Below are positions 24,337 through 36,197 of a stretch of 64,000 bases of DNA, piece by piece. The notes under the pieces were generated by a model that was not told the DNA's origin, did not search any database, and saw only the letters and a list, made by a program, of their open reading frames with translations. Source of the DNA: Podarcis erhardii (taxonomy: Eukaryota); NCBI GenBank assembly GCA_964252035.1, contig OZ176201.1; one strand, 5' to 3'. Numbering within the stretch: the first letter of the stretch is position 1; every line of letters begins with the position of its first letter. The translations under genes were made by a program, and so were the position numbers.

Positions 24337-25012
24337 CCATATTTTTCGCCTTATAGGATGCACTTTTTCCCCTCCAAAAATGAAGGGGAAATGTGTGTGC
24401 GTCCTATGGGGCAAATGCAGGCTTTCGCTGAAGCCTGGAGAGCGAGAGGCGTTGGTGTGCACCGACACCTCTCGCTCTCCAGGCTCCAGGAAGCTATCCG
24501 CAAGCCTTGCGTGCCCGGGGAAACTCCCCCCGGGCGCGCAAGGCTTGCGGGCGGCAGCCTGCAGCGCGGAGCAAGGGGCGCCCTTTGGAGGACGCCCCGT
24601 GCTTCTCGCAGGTGTCCGCAAGCCTTGCGTGCCCGGGGGGAGGCTGCTATGCTGCGGATAGCAGCCTGCCGCCCAGCGGGCGGGGCGGCCTGAAGCAGAG
24701 CGCCCCGTGCGCCGGACAGACATCCGCAGCATGGGGAGCCCTGCAGGAGTTCCCCGCAGGGCTCCCCACGCTGCAGATAGCAGCTTGCTGCCTGGCGCGC
24801 GTGGCGCCCTGAAGCAGAGCGCCCCGCGCGCCGGACAGACATCGGCCAGCCGCACAAGCTCAGGGGACAGCAGGGAGGCGCAGCGCCGCCATCCCACTGT
24901 TCCCCGACCTGGTTTTGGGGGGGAAATAAAGGGGGGAAAATTCCTTTATTTCCCCCCCAAAAAAGTAGGTGCGTCCTATGGGATGGAGCGTCCTATGGGA
25001 CGAAAAATACGG
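24337..25012. mobile_element. Tc2/pogo-group MITE (CCGTA-type TIR), GC-rich, 676 bp
   Basis: TA|CCATATTTTTCGCCTTATAGGATGCAC ... GAGCGTCCTATGGGACGAAAAATACGG|TA; internal direct repeats. Confidence 0.88.
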
Positions 25013-25521
25013 TATGTATTTTAAAAAAGATATAAATGAAAAAAAGATCCTCCGGTAACATAGGAAACTACCTTTTGGTAAGTTAGATCTATGGCTAACT
25101 TAGCCCAGTAGTGTCTACACTTGCAGATAGCTGTTCTAGAGTTTCAGACGCGGGGCATTCCCAGTCCTACCTAGAGATGTCTTCATATTCTACACCACAA
25201 TAAATTTGGCAATTTACTGAAATTAAGTGAGCAGTGCAAGGCAAAAAGTGGGCAGGACTTGTAGAGTCGGTATGTTGATGGAAGGATTTGATGCTAGGAG
25301 AACAGAAGGAAGTGTGATTCACACTGCCATTCAAGCTTCCTTGATGTCTTGCTTTGAGGTTCCCAGGTTGTGGTCCGTGGAAAGTGTGAGTTTCATTCAG
25401 CTGGTCCATGACATGTCTGTGAACAACACTGGCAATCTTAATTCTGTGGAATTCTAAGGACTTTATTTTAATAAAATGCAAATATAAGAAGCAACACAAA
25501 CAGCTGAAAACCACACAGCAT

Positions 25522-25561
25522 GTAGTGATAAAGCGGGATATCAAATCCAAACTCTTCTTCT
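25522..25561 (+). mobile_element. 3' end of a Squam3-like SINE
   Basis: GTAGTGATAAAGCGGGATATCAAATCCAAACTCTTCTTCT matches the (CTT)-tailed squamate SINE end, from memory. Confidence 0.55.
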
Positions 25562-26757
25562 ACAACCGGCAGGGGATAAAATCATTAAGTGGTCTGTGTG
25601 GGGCGGAGTGGATTTTGGGAATCATTGATCTAAATCCTGCTGCTTGGGACTAATTAGAGCTGTCACTGGAGGGCTATGGGCTCTCCGTCCTTGGTCTTGT
25701 TATTTGGCCCAGTGGCAACCACTCAAGGACCCTAGTGCTGATGGAGCAACTGTTGAAAACTTGTGCAGTATATTTTTTTTGCCAAAGTTAGAATCATTCA
25801 GCATGGATGGGACTCCTGGATCAAGTAGTCCCTTTCCGAAGTCAGGAAGTCTGTTCCTAACACATGGCTAGCAAATACTTTTGAAAAACCTCCAAAAGAA
25901 AGAGATTCAGTCTCTTGGTTCTGTTTCCTCCCACTAAGAATTCTGTTAACTCTGCAAAGATGTCTCCTGCCATCACAGAACCTGCAAGGCTCACATTAAC
26001 GTGTGCTGCCAGGAATGCTGTTTATATCTTCCTTTTGGGGGGGGGGAGTGGTAGTGATTGTGGTGGTGGTGGTGGGAAGCATACGTTTTGCCACACATTG
26101 ATGTAATCTGGTCCACGTCCAACAGAAACAGGGGAGCCGTTTTCTTCTAATCCCTAAAACCAGCCGAGCAGAAGGAGAATTACGTCAGGTTTTATTCTTA
26201 GTTCTGACAGGGATGCAGTATCATGGCTCGTGCTTCATGAGAGTTAGCTTATTTTAGACGTTCATTTTGCTGCAGAGGGATTTGCAGTTTCACGGAAGAG
26301 CCATAGGGTGACGGCAGCCTCGGAAAGTTTGTCTGTCTGTCTGGTTAAAGCTGGTCTTCTAAGAAGTGGCGTGGGACTGTGCTGACTGTGCAGAAGCCTT
26401 TCCTCTTTTGACAGCTGAGCTTCACCCATCCCTGGCAAGGGAGCCTTCCTCACCACAGCTTGGAGAAACATGTTCCTGGGAAGAGGCATCATCAACACCT
26501 TCCTAGAAGTAGTTGCAGCTGCCAGTAATCCAGGGCTCACCCTTATTTAAAATGCCGGCTGTCAGTTTTTCGGCTCTTTACTTACATCCTTACAATAGGG
26601 CTTCGTCTGTTATTTTCGAGACCGGACAGCCAAATGGCACCTCCTTCTCACTGACAAACACGGGGCATGATCTGCTGGGCTCTTCCCCAGTGCAACCTGT
26701 GCTGAAGCGGTCATGAGTTGCGTAAGAGCACTTGTGTGCTTTCATGCATTTTCTGTT

Positions 26758-26759
<2 letters not shown>

Positions 26760-26801
<42 letters not shown>
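26760..26801. repeat. (AAT)14 microsatellite
   Basis: Read directly. Confidence 0.95.
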
Positions 26802-26803
<2 letters not shown>

Positions 26804-26805
<2 letters not shown>

Positions 26806-27165
26806 TTTATTTATACTGGGCGCAGGGTGGCTAACACCAGTAAAATTGCAGTACAACATAAGGGGGGGGGGACCAATTTAAAATACAGGTTAAAATGCAA
26901 TTTAAAATGCAGCCTCATTTTAAAAGTAGCCCATAGATCAAAACCATACGGGGAGGGAAACATAAGGGTCAGGCCAGGCGGAACAGCTGTGCCTTGCAGG
27001 CCCTGCGGAAAGATGTCAAGTCCCGCAGGGACCTAGTCTCTTGTGACAGAGCGTTCCACCAAGTCGGGGCCAGTACTGAAAAGGCCCTGGCCCTAGTTGA
27101 GACCAATCTAACCACCTTGCGACTTGGGATCTCCAAAATGTTGTCATTTGTGGACCTTTTGATGT
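26804..27165 (-). mobile_element. L2-type LINE 3' fragment with adjoining (AAT)n
   Basis: GCGTTCCACCAAGTCGGGGCC...GAAAAGGCCCTGG is the antisense of an L2 C-terminus; polyA-signal-like TTTATT next to the microsatellite. Confidence 0.7.
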
Positions 27166-27472
27166 GGCTTGTTTAGGAGAACTTCCTAGTGGATTCTGCC
27201 ACAGGGTTGCGTAAGAGCAGTGGTTCTCTGTGGCCTTGAGGAACAGACACAGCCTATTGGGTTGGAAAAAGCAGTGGTGGGGAACGGGGGCTGAACTTTT
27301 ATTGCTGTGCATGAGTCTCATTTGCTTGCACTGCCAGAGGGAGCAAGATGCAATGCCAACAGCACCAGAAGGGAAAGGGGCATGCAGGAAAACTCAGGTT
27401 GTGACCATTCTTTCCTGGGTGGGTATACCAAACCTAGTATGTGTATGTTTCTCTGTGGCACAGTGTTGGTAT

Positions 27473-28118
27473 CAGGGTGGATGAAAATCAATGATTTTTT
27501 TAAAAAAGATATTTAAAAATCAGATTTTTTAAATTTAAATTGGATTTTTAAAAATTTAAATTGGATGTTTTTGATTTAAATTGGATTTTTAAAATAAAAT
27601 GCTTTGGAGGAAAAATCTTTCTAAAGATAGTTTTCTGTTTAAGTTACATTATAGTCCAAAGGCTATTTATCAGGAAATAAGAATTTGTTTTAAGTTTTTC
27701 ATGTGTGCTGAAACTCAGTCTAAGTTTTTTTTAATTGTTTAACCACATCAGTTAACAAACTTGGATACATATGCTATAAGGTTATTGTTTTAGTTAAATA
27801 AATTGTTTAAATTGTAATTACGGAAATGATTATTTTTCTCCTTCCAATAAAGTACAGCAGAAAAGTTGTCCAAATTTAAACAGTTAATTTGTTAAACCTC
27901 ACAACAATTTCATAATTATCTATGTATTTCTAAGAGTATAACCAAAGCAGTCATTTTTGATATAACTGTAAAAACTACTCTGAAAATTTATTATTTCAAA
28001 AATGAAACCTTCCTCTGGTTATCAATATTAAGATGATACCAGCAAGAATGAGTCTTTCTGTAAAAAAATGATTTAAATCAAGTCTTACTGAATCGTGATT
28101 TAAATCAAATCCACCCTG
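27473..28118. mobile_element. AT-rich non-autonomous hAT element, 646 bp
   Basis: TIRs CAGGGTGGAT / ATCCACCCTG, subterminal GATTTAAAT repeats, degenerate 8-bp TSD GTTGGTAT / GTTGAAAT. Confidence 0.8.
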
Positions 28119-28503
28119 GTTGAAATTACAATTAGTCTAGGATGCATTCTTCCAGAATGGTGGAAATTTATTTGTATGGTACCTATGCTTGAGCCATAAC
28201 AGGCTATCTAGGAACTGGGTACATTTTGCATGCAGGTAGTCTGTAGCTGTTTGTGAGATTGATCTCCAGAGAATACTGATCAGTTTACCCTAGGAGGACT
28301 CAGCTGCCCTGTTGTGGAAAGTTTTCTGTAATGTTTGACAAAGGGAGGGCAGGTATGCTAAGGTATAATGGATTTGCTAGACGTTGTTTTGCACCAATTT
28401 TTCTGCTGGCGTCTTAAGCAGCCTATGACTGCAGAGCAGAGAAACTGCTAGGCAAAGTGATAGAGAAACACTACATTTGGTGTGCAAAACTTTTGTTGTC
28501 CAG

Positions 28504-28623
28504 GATGAAATGACTTCAAATTTGGGTCTGACCACAACGAAGGCTCTGACTATCCTGAGAGACCAGCTGTCGGCACTTCTGGAGGGGCATCAGAAGGAAA
28601 GGAAGAAGGCGATTTCCTGGAAG
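28504..28623 (+). CDS. TMEM94: TMEM94 coding exon 2 (DEMTSNLGLTTTKAL...AISWK)
   Basis: ttgttgtccAG|GAT ... AAG|gtaagc; 120 nt, phase 0-0. Confidence 0.93.
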
Positions 28624-28910
28624 GTAAGCATGGCATTTTGCTGCATGTCGGTGAGTTGTTTTCAAGAAAACGTTACGTCTTTCTTTGTAAGGTAGATTTT
28701 GCAGACAGATCCTTGGAGAAAGCAAGACTTTTCCCATTCCTGAAAGGTGGCACTTCTGAAAGGTGGCACTTAGCTGCTTCCAAAATGCGCAGCTGGAGCT
28801 GGAGCCGTGATGGTGGTGCCAGTTCTCCTGATGTTGAGGGACGCTGGCAGCAACACCAAGGGCAGAGGAATAGAAGAACGTTGGACACTACCAGGTTGCT
28901 GTGTACTCCA

Positions 28911-29652
28911 CAGAATCATAGAATCATAGAGTTGGAAGAGACCACAAGGGCCATCGAGTCCAACCCCCTGCCAAGCAGGAAACACCATCAGAGCACTCCT
29001 GACATATGGTTGTCAAGCCTCTGCTTAAAGACCTCCAAAGAAGGAGACTCCACCACACTCCTTGGCAGCAAATTTCACTGTCGAACAGCTCTTACTGTCA
29101 GGAAGTTCTTCCTAATGTTTAGGTGGAATATTTTTTCTTGTCGTTTCGAACCATTGCTCCGTGTCCGCTTCTCTGGAGCAGCAGAAAACAACCTTTCTCC
29201 CTCCTCTATGTGACATCCTTTTATATATTTGAACATGGCTATCATATCACCCCTTAACCTCCTCTTCTCCAGGCTAAACATGCCCAGCTCCCTTAGCAAT
29301 TCCTCATAAGGCATCGTTTCCAGGCCTTTGACCATTTTGGTTGCCCTCCTCTGGACACGTTCCAGTTTGTCAGTGTCCTTCTTGAACTGTGGTGCCCAGA
29401 ACTGGACACAGTACTCCAGGTGAGGTCTGACCAGAGCAGAATACAGTGGCACTATTACTTCCCTTGATCTAGATGCTATACTCCTATTGATGCAGCCCAG
29501 AATTGCATTGGCTTTTTTAGCTGCCGCGTCACACTGTTGGCTCATGTCAAGTTTGTGGTCAACCAAGACTCCTAGATCCTTTTCACATGTACTGCTCTCA
29601 AGCCAGGTGTCACCCATCTTGTATTTGTGCCTCTCATTTTTTTTTGCCCAAG
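28911..29652 (-). mobile_element. Young 5'-truncated CR1 LINE (ORF2 C-terminus plus (ATTCTATG)n tail)
   Basis: ORF 29075-29617 reads EKDLGVLVD...[11 protein letters not shown]...[13 protein letters not shown]; one TGA in place of TGG, then the frame continues to a normal end. Confidence 0.96.
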
Positions 29653-30329
29653 CACAAAGAGGCCCGCCTCCTTCCTCTTCCAGCCTGGTGCCTTAATCTG
29701 AGTATTCAGAGCTAGTGGTGGTGGTTCTAGGGGCCCCACCCCAGTAGCCTTTGTTGTAATCTTCAAGCCTAGTCAGAGGAATTTGCCATTCTCCAGGCAC
29801 CTGGCTTAGATTACTTATTGACCTCCCTGTCTGTGACTCCCGGCAGGAGACAGGCGGGGTCTCTATCGGCGATCCTCCTCAAACGTGAGAAGAACACACC
29901 ACTCTTCCCTCCTCCCTGTCTTCCCCAGGAGGGGGAAAGAGACAGACAGAAATGTATTTACATGCCTTTATTTCTGTCTATGCAGCAGTACAGAGAAACA
30001 TGTCTGCACTCTCCAAACACCAGCAGCAGAGAGAAAAACTCCACCCCTGTACTTCCAGTACATGTCAGGTGACACTCTGAGCTAACATCCGGTGCTCAGT
30101 ACAGCGAATAGACTGTCCCTTCGCTCCCACGGTACAGTCCCAAACATCAACATCCTGTTTGGCTTTCCAGCCAGCTGCAGCTCGCTGGTGCATTGCTCCT
30201 TTTTCGTAACAGCCTTCCCTACTGTGACCAGTTCACAGAACCATTAGTGGAACTGTGAATTCTTTGCTCCTCTGCAAAAGAGCATGTTCAAGTCTTCAGC
30301 GGCGCTGACATGGCGCTTCATATCATCTA

Positions 30330-30555
30330 CAGTGGTACCTCGGGTTACAGACCCTTCAGGTTACAGACTCCGCTAACCCAGAAATAGTACCTCGGGTTAA
30401 GAACTTTGCTTCAGGATGAGAACAGAAATTGTGTGGCGGCGGCACAGCGGCAGCGGGAGGCCCCATTAGCTAAAGTGGTGCCTCAGGTTAAGAACAGTTT
30501 CAGGTTAAGAACGGACCTCTGGAATGAATTAAGTTCTTAACCCAAGGTACCACTG
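30330..30555. mobile_element. Tigger-like MITE, family A copy 3
   Basis: TA-flanked, same TIRs as copies 1 and 2. Confidence 0.9.
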
Positions 30556-30589
30556 TATACCTAAATGATAGAGAATTGTCTATTTACTT

Positions 30590-30955
30590 ATTTTATTTAA
30601 CCAAATTTATATACAGCAGTTTACGGGAAATGTTGAAATTATAAATGAAAAGCAGTTAAAAGCAAGTAAGAAAAACATTTGAAAGATTATTAAAATTTAA
30701 AAGGTTAAAACGCGACAACACCTGCATGTCTGGATTGGCTTGCCTAAAGAAAAATGTTCTAAGCAGATGCTGAAAAGTCTGTAGCAAAGGTGCCTGCCTG
30801 CCAGATGTCAATAAGCAGGGAGTTCCAAAGTATAGGTGCTGCCACACTAAAAGATCAATTTCTTAAAACTGCAGAAACACACATTATGTGGCACCTGTAA
30901 CAGTGCCAAGTCTGCAGATACATTCGAGTTGGCACATATGGGGTAAGGCAGTGCA
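30590..30955 (-). mobile_element. Old L2-type LINE 3' fragment
   Basis: GGGAGTTCCAAAGTATAGGTGCTGCCACACTAAAAG is a typical antisense L2 end. Confidence 0.6.
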
Positions 30956-31128
30956 GCAAGTGAATTAATCAGAGATAACCTTGGTAGACCGTGTTCATTT
31001 CCAGTGGTGGTAACGTCTGTCGCTGCCTCTCTCTACTACTCTCTCGTCGCCCGCTTTAAGCAAAGCCTAGGTTCCATTTTGTTGATGTAGTCTCTCTCCT
31101 CCTTTGCACTTCCTTTTCTTTTTGGTAG

Positions 31129-31256
31129 GAGGTGTGGCGAGCCAGTTTCCTGCACCATGGCAACCGCTGTTCCTGTTTCCATTGGCCAGGGGCATCCCTG
31201 ATGCTGCTGACAGTGCTGATACTATTATGCTGTTATGGGAGCCAACCACAAGGAAG
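31129..31256 (+). CDS. TMEM94: TMEM94 coding exon 3 (EVWRASFLHHGNRCSCFHWPGASLMLL...)
   Basis: tttggtAG|GAG ... GGAAG|gtatgc; 128 nt, phase 0-2; hydrophobic segment. Confidence 0.95.
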
Positions 31257-33163
31257 GTATGCTATCTCATTGATCGTTTTACTGCAATATTCTTTCCATA
31301 AATGACCCTGAAAGCTGCTAACATTCAATCATTAACAATTCCATAAAACAGTAAAAAAACAACAACAAACAGTCGCAAATGAAACTCCAAACCAGATCAC
31401 ACCAGATGATTGAAACCAATAACCAGTTTCCACCTAGGTTGTGGAAATGTGTTTGCCTAGTGTCTAAAGATAGACAGGGAAGGAGCCAGATGTGTGCTCC
31501 AAACCAAAGAGTTCCATAAAATGTGCAGATCACCAATAAGATCTCATCCTACAGACCCACCAATGATGGAACACGGAATAGGGCTTCTGTTGAAGATCTA
31601 AGCACATTGGTGGATTTGTAATGGAGACAAAGTGGCCTTTTGGCTTAAACCAGCAGACTTGTCAGGGCATCTACCTAATTTCTCTCTGACCTCACATTAT
31701 TTCCCTCTTCACTGGTTTATGAGACGCACTCATATGGTTTTTTGGTTGGAAGGATTCCTGCAGGGCACTTGTTAAAGTGTTGTCAGGCTTCAGGGAATCT
31801 GCTTCCTTCCCTCCTTTGGCAGTAGATAAGTAGAACAAAGAGTCTCTTACCAGTTAGAAACTTTAATGATCACAGCGAGAGAACAAAGAATCCATTCCTA
31901 GGAATGAAGGTGCTCCCAATTAAGGGTTACACCAACTTCCTCCCTAGTCACCCACGTCACTACCGCATCTTGTAACCTGATCTCTCAACCACTGCTTTCT
32001 GTGCTGCCACCTTATCTGCTCTCCTTGACCTTGGGCTGAGTGGATGGACGCTTTCAAGCAACAGTGGTCTGTTAATTCTGTTTCCCAGTTCTCCTCCTCC
32101 TAACTGTTCCCCATCCAGTACTTCCCAGCTGCTGCCTTTTGATCTGTGTCCCTCTGCAAACCACTGTTCCAAATCTATACTGTCTCACTGCTCCTGGGAA
32201 GATTCAAGATCCTGATCAGGAACAGGGGGAGGGGGAGGCTCCCACCATTCCTCCTCAGTACGGTCCCTGACATGTGTCTTCCAAGTGTGGGATGGACATC
32301 CAGTTCAGCATAGGGTGCTTGGGCTGCCAATGACTGGCTTTGAAAAGGTGTTTGGGTGGGGTTTTTTTTGTTTTGTTTTTTTAATATAGCTGCTGGCACA
32401 AGGAGATTTCTAACAAGCAGAAGGATTGGGGATGTTTTTAACCTGCCGGATTTCATATTGTGATTTGAATCTATTAAAGGCATAGGAGCCCTGTCCAGCC
32501 TTGGCAGTCTTTCTGTGTGGCATTATGTCATGAGTCAGATGACTGCAACTGAGCTGCATATTTAGATGAACGAAGGAATATTTTTACATGTCACCCATGT
32601 GGGTGTACAGGGTGCCAAAGCAACAACCGATGAACATTTTGCTTTTAATTTTACGAATATGATGGTGGTGTTTAATCCAGACCCCTCAAAGGATTTTTAA
32701 TGGGTTTAGCGATCCTGATTTGAATTAAGCTGGATAATACAGACCAGCCTAGAAGGTGCAAAAGGTTCCATGCCCTTGTCAGTAGCAGGTGGGCTGGGCT
32801 GGGGTGGAGGAGGTGCTTACCTGACTTCCCAGCAGGTGAGTTACTATTTCTTACCAGGAGAAGCAAGGCAGCAGGGAGAGCAGCATGGTGCAACTGGACC
32901 AGCAGAAACACTGGACTGCCTTGCTTGGTGCATTTGCACCCCACTGCATCCTTGCTGCCGCCTTGTTCCTCCCACTCCCGGTAAGCAGCAGAGACTCACC
33001 TGCCAGGAGCTCATGTTCTGTAAGTGCCTCTGCCTCACCATGCCAGCTGCTCTTGGGCTAGAGACTTCCCTTCTTGCGACTCCTGCCAGGACAGCCACAT
33101 GGGGACGTATATTTCATTCCTTTATTCAGCTGCATGCAACCTCTGATGCTTTGCTTTGAACAG

Positions 33164-33300
33164 TGAAGGTTCTGAAATTGTGAACGCCTTGGCCCTGTTC
33201 CTCTTGGTGCTGCTCGACGTCCTCTTGATTGGACGGCAAGAGAGGCTAAAGCGGCAGGAAGTCGAGAAGAGACTCCGGGACATCATTGGCAGGATAAATG
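33164..33300 (+). CDS. TMEM94: TMEM94 coding exon 4 (EGSEIVNALALFLL...RLRDIIGRIN)
   Basis: gaacAG|T ... AATG|gtgagg; 137 nt, phase 2-1. Confidence 0.95.
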
Positions 33301-33707
33301 GTGAGGCCGCCTCTCTCCCCACACTGCCCCTCGCTCCTGTTTGCTATCCTGTGTAGCCACATCCTCTCCGTAATTTTAGTGCCTACTGTCCATTAGTTTT
33401 TATGTAATGCCTTAAAAAGCAAATTCTTAATTAGGGGCAAATGTTGCTTTCATATCATGGTCGTATCGAATCTTGTCCCTTTAACACCCCAGAACTATCC
33501 TTGTCTTCCATCACAACCACAGCTGTCAGTTCTCCTCCTACCATACCTTCATAGTCTACCCTTATGACTTATTCACAGGACAAATGTACTAGGCTAGGTT
33601 TGCCCTTTCTTCCCCTCTCTCATTTGGCACCCCGTTTTTCCAGCAGCCAAGTGTATTCTCTCCTCTTCCGGATTCCCATCACAAAAGCTTAACACCACTT
33701 TTCACCT

Positions 33708-33938
33708 TCCAGTAGCACCTTAGAGACCAACTAAGTTTTTTATTGGTACGAGCTTTTGTGTGCATGCACACTTCTTCAGATACACTGAAGATACAGTTTC
33801 AGTGTATCTGAAGAAGTGTGCATGCACACGAAAGCTCATACCAATAAAAAACTTAGTTGTTCTCTAAGGTGCTACTGGAAGGAATTTTTTTATTTTGTTT
33901 TGACTACGGCAGACCAACACGGCTACCTACCTGTAACT
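33708..33938. mobile_element. Penelope-like element fragment with inverted 5' duplication
   Basis: 85-bp inverted arms, CTCTAAGGTGCTACTGG terminal motif, flanking near-direct repeat ACCACTTT(T)CACCT. Confidence 0.8.
33804..33841 (+). ncRNA. Minimal type-I hammerhead ribozyme motif (Penelope-associated)
   Basis: GTAT-CTGAAGA-A-GTGTG(CATG)CACAC-GAAA-GCTC-ATAC: stem I, core, stem II, GAAA, palindromic rudimentary stem III. Activity not shown. Confidence 0.6.
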
Positions 33939-34633
33939 ACCACTTTCACCTGTACATCCTCGCACTATCAGGGGAATGGGGGAACTGTTTTCCCCATTGT
34001 CATTTGCAGCGGCCTCCATTCCTTGTTGCCTCCACCGCTCCCCACTCCACCCTGTCCACTCTCTCATAGGCAAATACATACACTGATTTTCCAAAGACGT
34101 GGAGGCTCCTGCTGCCTGCCCTACAGGGGGAATATTTGAGGACAGCTGCTGGAAGCCACACGGTCTGTGTGAGGATCAAACCAGAAGTGACATTAACTGC
34201 GCTTTCATGATTTAGGAGAATGTAAATAGCAGCTGCAAGGGGGCTTGAGTAGCAGTTTGACTACAGGGGGTGGAAAGAGAGGGGGAGAAGGAGTTTAACT
34301 TCTTCCCCACCATAGTCTTGAGGAAAGTCATGCCCTGGAGCTGCATTGGTACCAGTGGAGGCTTCCTTCCTGGTGCAAATTGCAGCTTCAGGAGGGTGAT
34401 CTTTGTCAGGATTGCCGTGGGGCAGTCCTTACAGTTTCACTGCTACCCAAGCACCACCTTTGCAAATACTGTTTACATTTTATTAAAGGTGCATTCATGC
34501 AAGTAAGGCAATCCATGCACTAAGATGCATCCCGAATGGATTCCTGCCGTAGTGGGGGATGTGGCTTCTCACCCAAAGCCCACCCCCTCTGGCCATGGCA
34601 CCACCATACCTCTTCTGCTAATCTACTTTCCAG

Positions 34634-34836
34634 ATGCCTTGAAGGATGGCAAAGAGCTGAGCTGGACAAACTCCATGTACCCTGACCTTCACATGCCCTT
34701 TGCTCCCTCCTGGTCACTCCACTGGGTCTACCGGGACGGCCATCTTGTCAATCTTCCAGTCAGCTTGTTAGTAACAGGTGATGTCGTTGCCCTGAGGCCA
34801 GGGCAGGAGTCCTTCACTTCTCTCAGAGGGATTAAG
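34634..34836 (+). CDS. TMEM94: TMEM94 coding exon 5 (DALKDG...MYPDLHMPFAPSWSLHW...LRGIK)
   Basis: tttccAG|AT ... AAG|gtaact; 203 nt, phase 1-0. Confidence 0.96.
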
Positions 34837-34979
34837 GTAACTCAAGTTTCTTCTCTCTTTGCACCAGGGTCCTAAGTATTATAAGGGCCAGTGCTTTTTT
34901 CCCAGTGGGTATTCAAGGGCACCTCCTTCTTTTGGTTAAAAAGTGTGACACTTACTGTAACAACTTCATGGTGAAACAA

Positions 34980-35125
34980 AACAAAATAAATAAAATAAAA
35001 TAAAATAATTTGAAAATTCCTTCCAGTAGCACCTTAGAAACCAACTAAGTTAGTTATGGGTATGAGCTTTCGTGTGCATGCACACTTCTTCAGATGCACG
35101 CTTCTTTCTCGCGTGCACACAAAGG
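34980..35125 (-). mobile_element. Second Penelope-like fragment (hammerhead core on the minus strand at 35060-35097)
   Basis: 77/83 identity by hand to the reverse complement of 33804-33886. Confidence 0.8.
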
Positions 35126-35174
35126 TTCCCTGAGTTTGCCCATTTTCAGCTTTTGTCTCCCATTCTTCTAACAG

Positions 35175-35326
35175 GATGATGAGCACATTGTCCTGGAGCC
35201 TGGGGATCTCTTTCCCCCCTTTTCTCCACCACCATCTCCAAATGGGGAGGTGAAGAAGGGACCTCAGAATCCACAACAGTATCGACTCTTCCGTGTCACA
35301 AAAACACCAGTGATTGACAATGTCAG
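35175..35326 (+). CDS. TMEM94: TMEM94 coding exon 6 (DDEHIVLEPGDLFPPFSPPPSP...VIDNV)
   Basis: ctaacAG|GAT ... GTCAG|gtaagt; 152 nt, phase 0-2. Confidence 0.96.
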
Positions 35327-35685
35327 GTAAGTTCAATGTGAGGACACTTTGTTACTGAAATTTGAAGTAAGGTAGCAGAATGGATGGAGAATTCATCTGA
35401 AACAGGGCATTCTTAGTGGTGGCTTCCTGGCTATGGAACGAACTCCCAATGAAAATAAGGCACCCCCCATTTTCATATGTGTTCAGTAAACATGCAAAAA
35501 CCTTTTTGAAAAAAAATATTTAGTTATCCAGGCTTTGGGCTGAGAGTTTTATGACATTTTTACACTGTTGGTTTTAACTATTTCCTTGAATATATGCTAT
35601 AGTGCTGCTTTTAAATTGTTTTCAACTGATTCTGTTTTTGTGATCTGCCTTGAGCTCCCTTTGGGGAGGAAGGACAAGTTACATA

Positions 35686-35946
35686 CTGTATTTTTCGCTC
35701 CATAAGATGCACCCCCCCCAAGGGGAAATGTCTGTTGGTCTTATGGAGCGAATGTGTGGTCCCTGGGGTTGGGCGGCGGGAACCCGGGCTTCCCCCGCCA
35801 GCCCCGCAAACTCCGGGAGAAGCGGCAAGGCTGCTTGCAGCCTCACCGCTTCCCCCTAGCCTGTTTGGGGGGTATTTTTTTTTAATCCCCCCCAAAAAGT
35901 AGGTGTGCCTTATGGTCAGGTGCACCCTATGGAGCGAAAAATGCGG
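35686..35946. mobile_element. Tc2/pogo-group MITE, short variant (261 bp)
   Basis: TA|CTGTATTTTTCGCTCCATAAGATGCAC ... GTGCACCCTATGGAGCGAAAAATGCGG|TA; same ends as the 24337 element, different core. Confidence 0.85.
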
Positions 35947-36197
35947 TATTTGAAATAAACAAATAAAATATGTTCAATCCATCCTGTGTTCAGTTATAAC
36001 CACAAGAATACATTATAGTCATAAAAAATCTCTGCCGTACAATATTTAAGTATTGCCGTCTGACAAATCAACTCTTTGGATGGAATATACCAGTCCCATA
36101 TAGTGGTTTGCTGTATAAAGCTGGGAGGTAAAAGAAAGAAAGCAATAAATACCTGGAACTTTGCAAAATCCTCCGTAAATATCTTGTTATTTTTCAG

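Noticed and set aside
24334-24897. Several 90-187 aa overlapping ORFs
   Set aside because: All lie in the GC-rich core of a TIR-bounded MITE; open in multiple frames because of stop-codon scarcity.
28638-29213. 191-aa plus-strand ORF
   Set aside because: Intronic read-through into the antisense of a CR1; not a gene.
29075-29617. 180-aa ORF as a host gene
   Set aside because: It is the C-terminus of CR1 ORF2.
29815-30320. Possible minus-strand LTR (TTTATT near 29966, CpG-rich)
   Set aside because: Could not define termini or a TSD; left unannotated.
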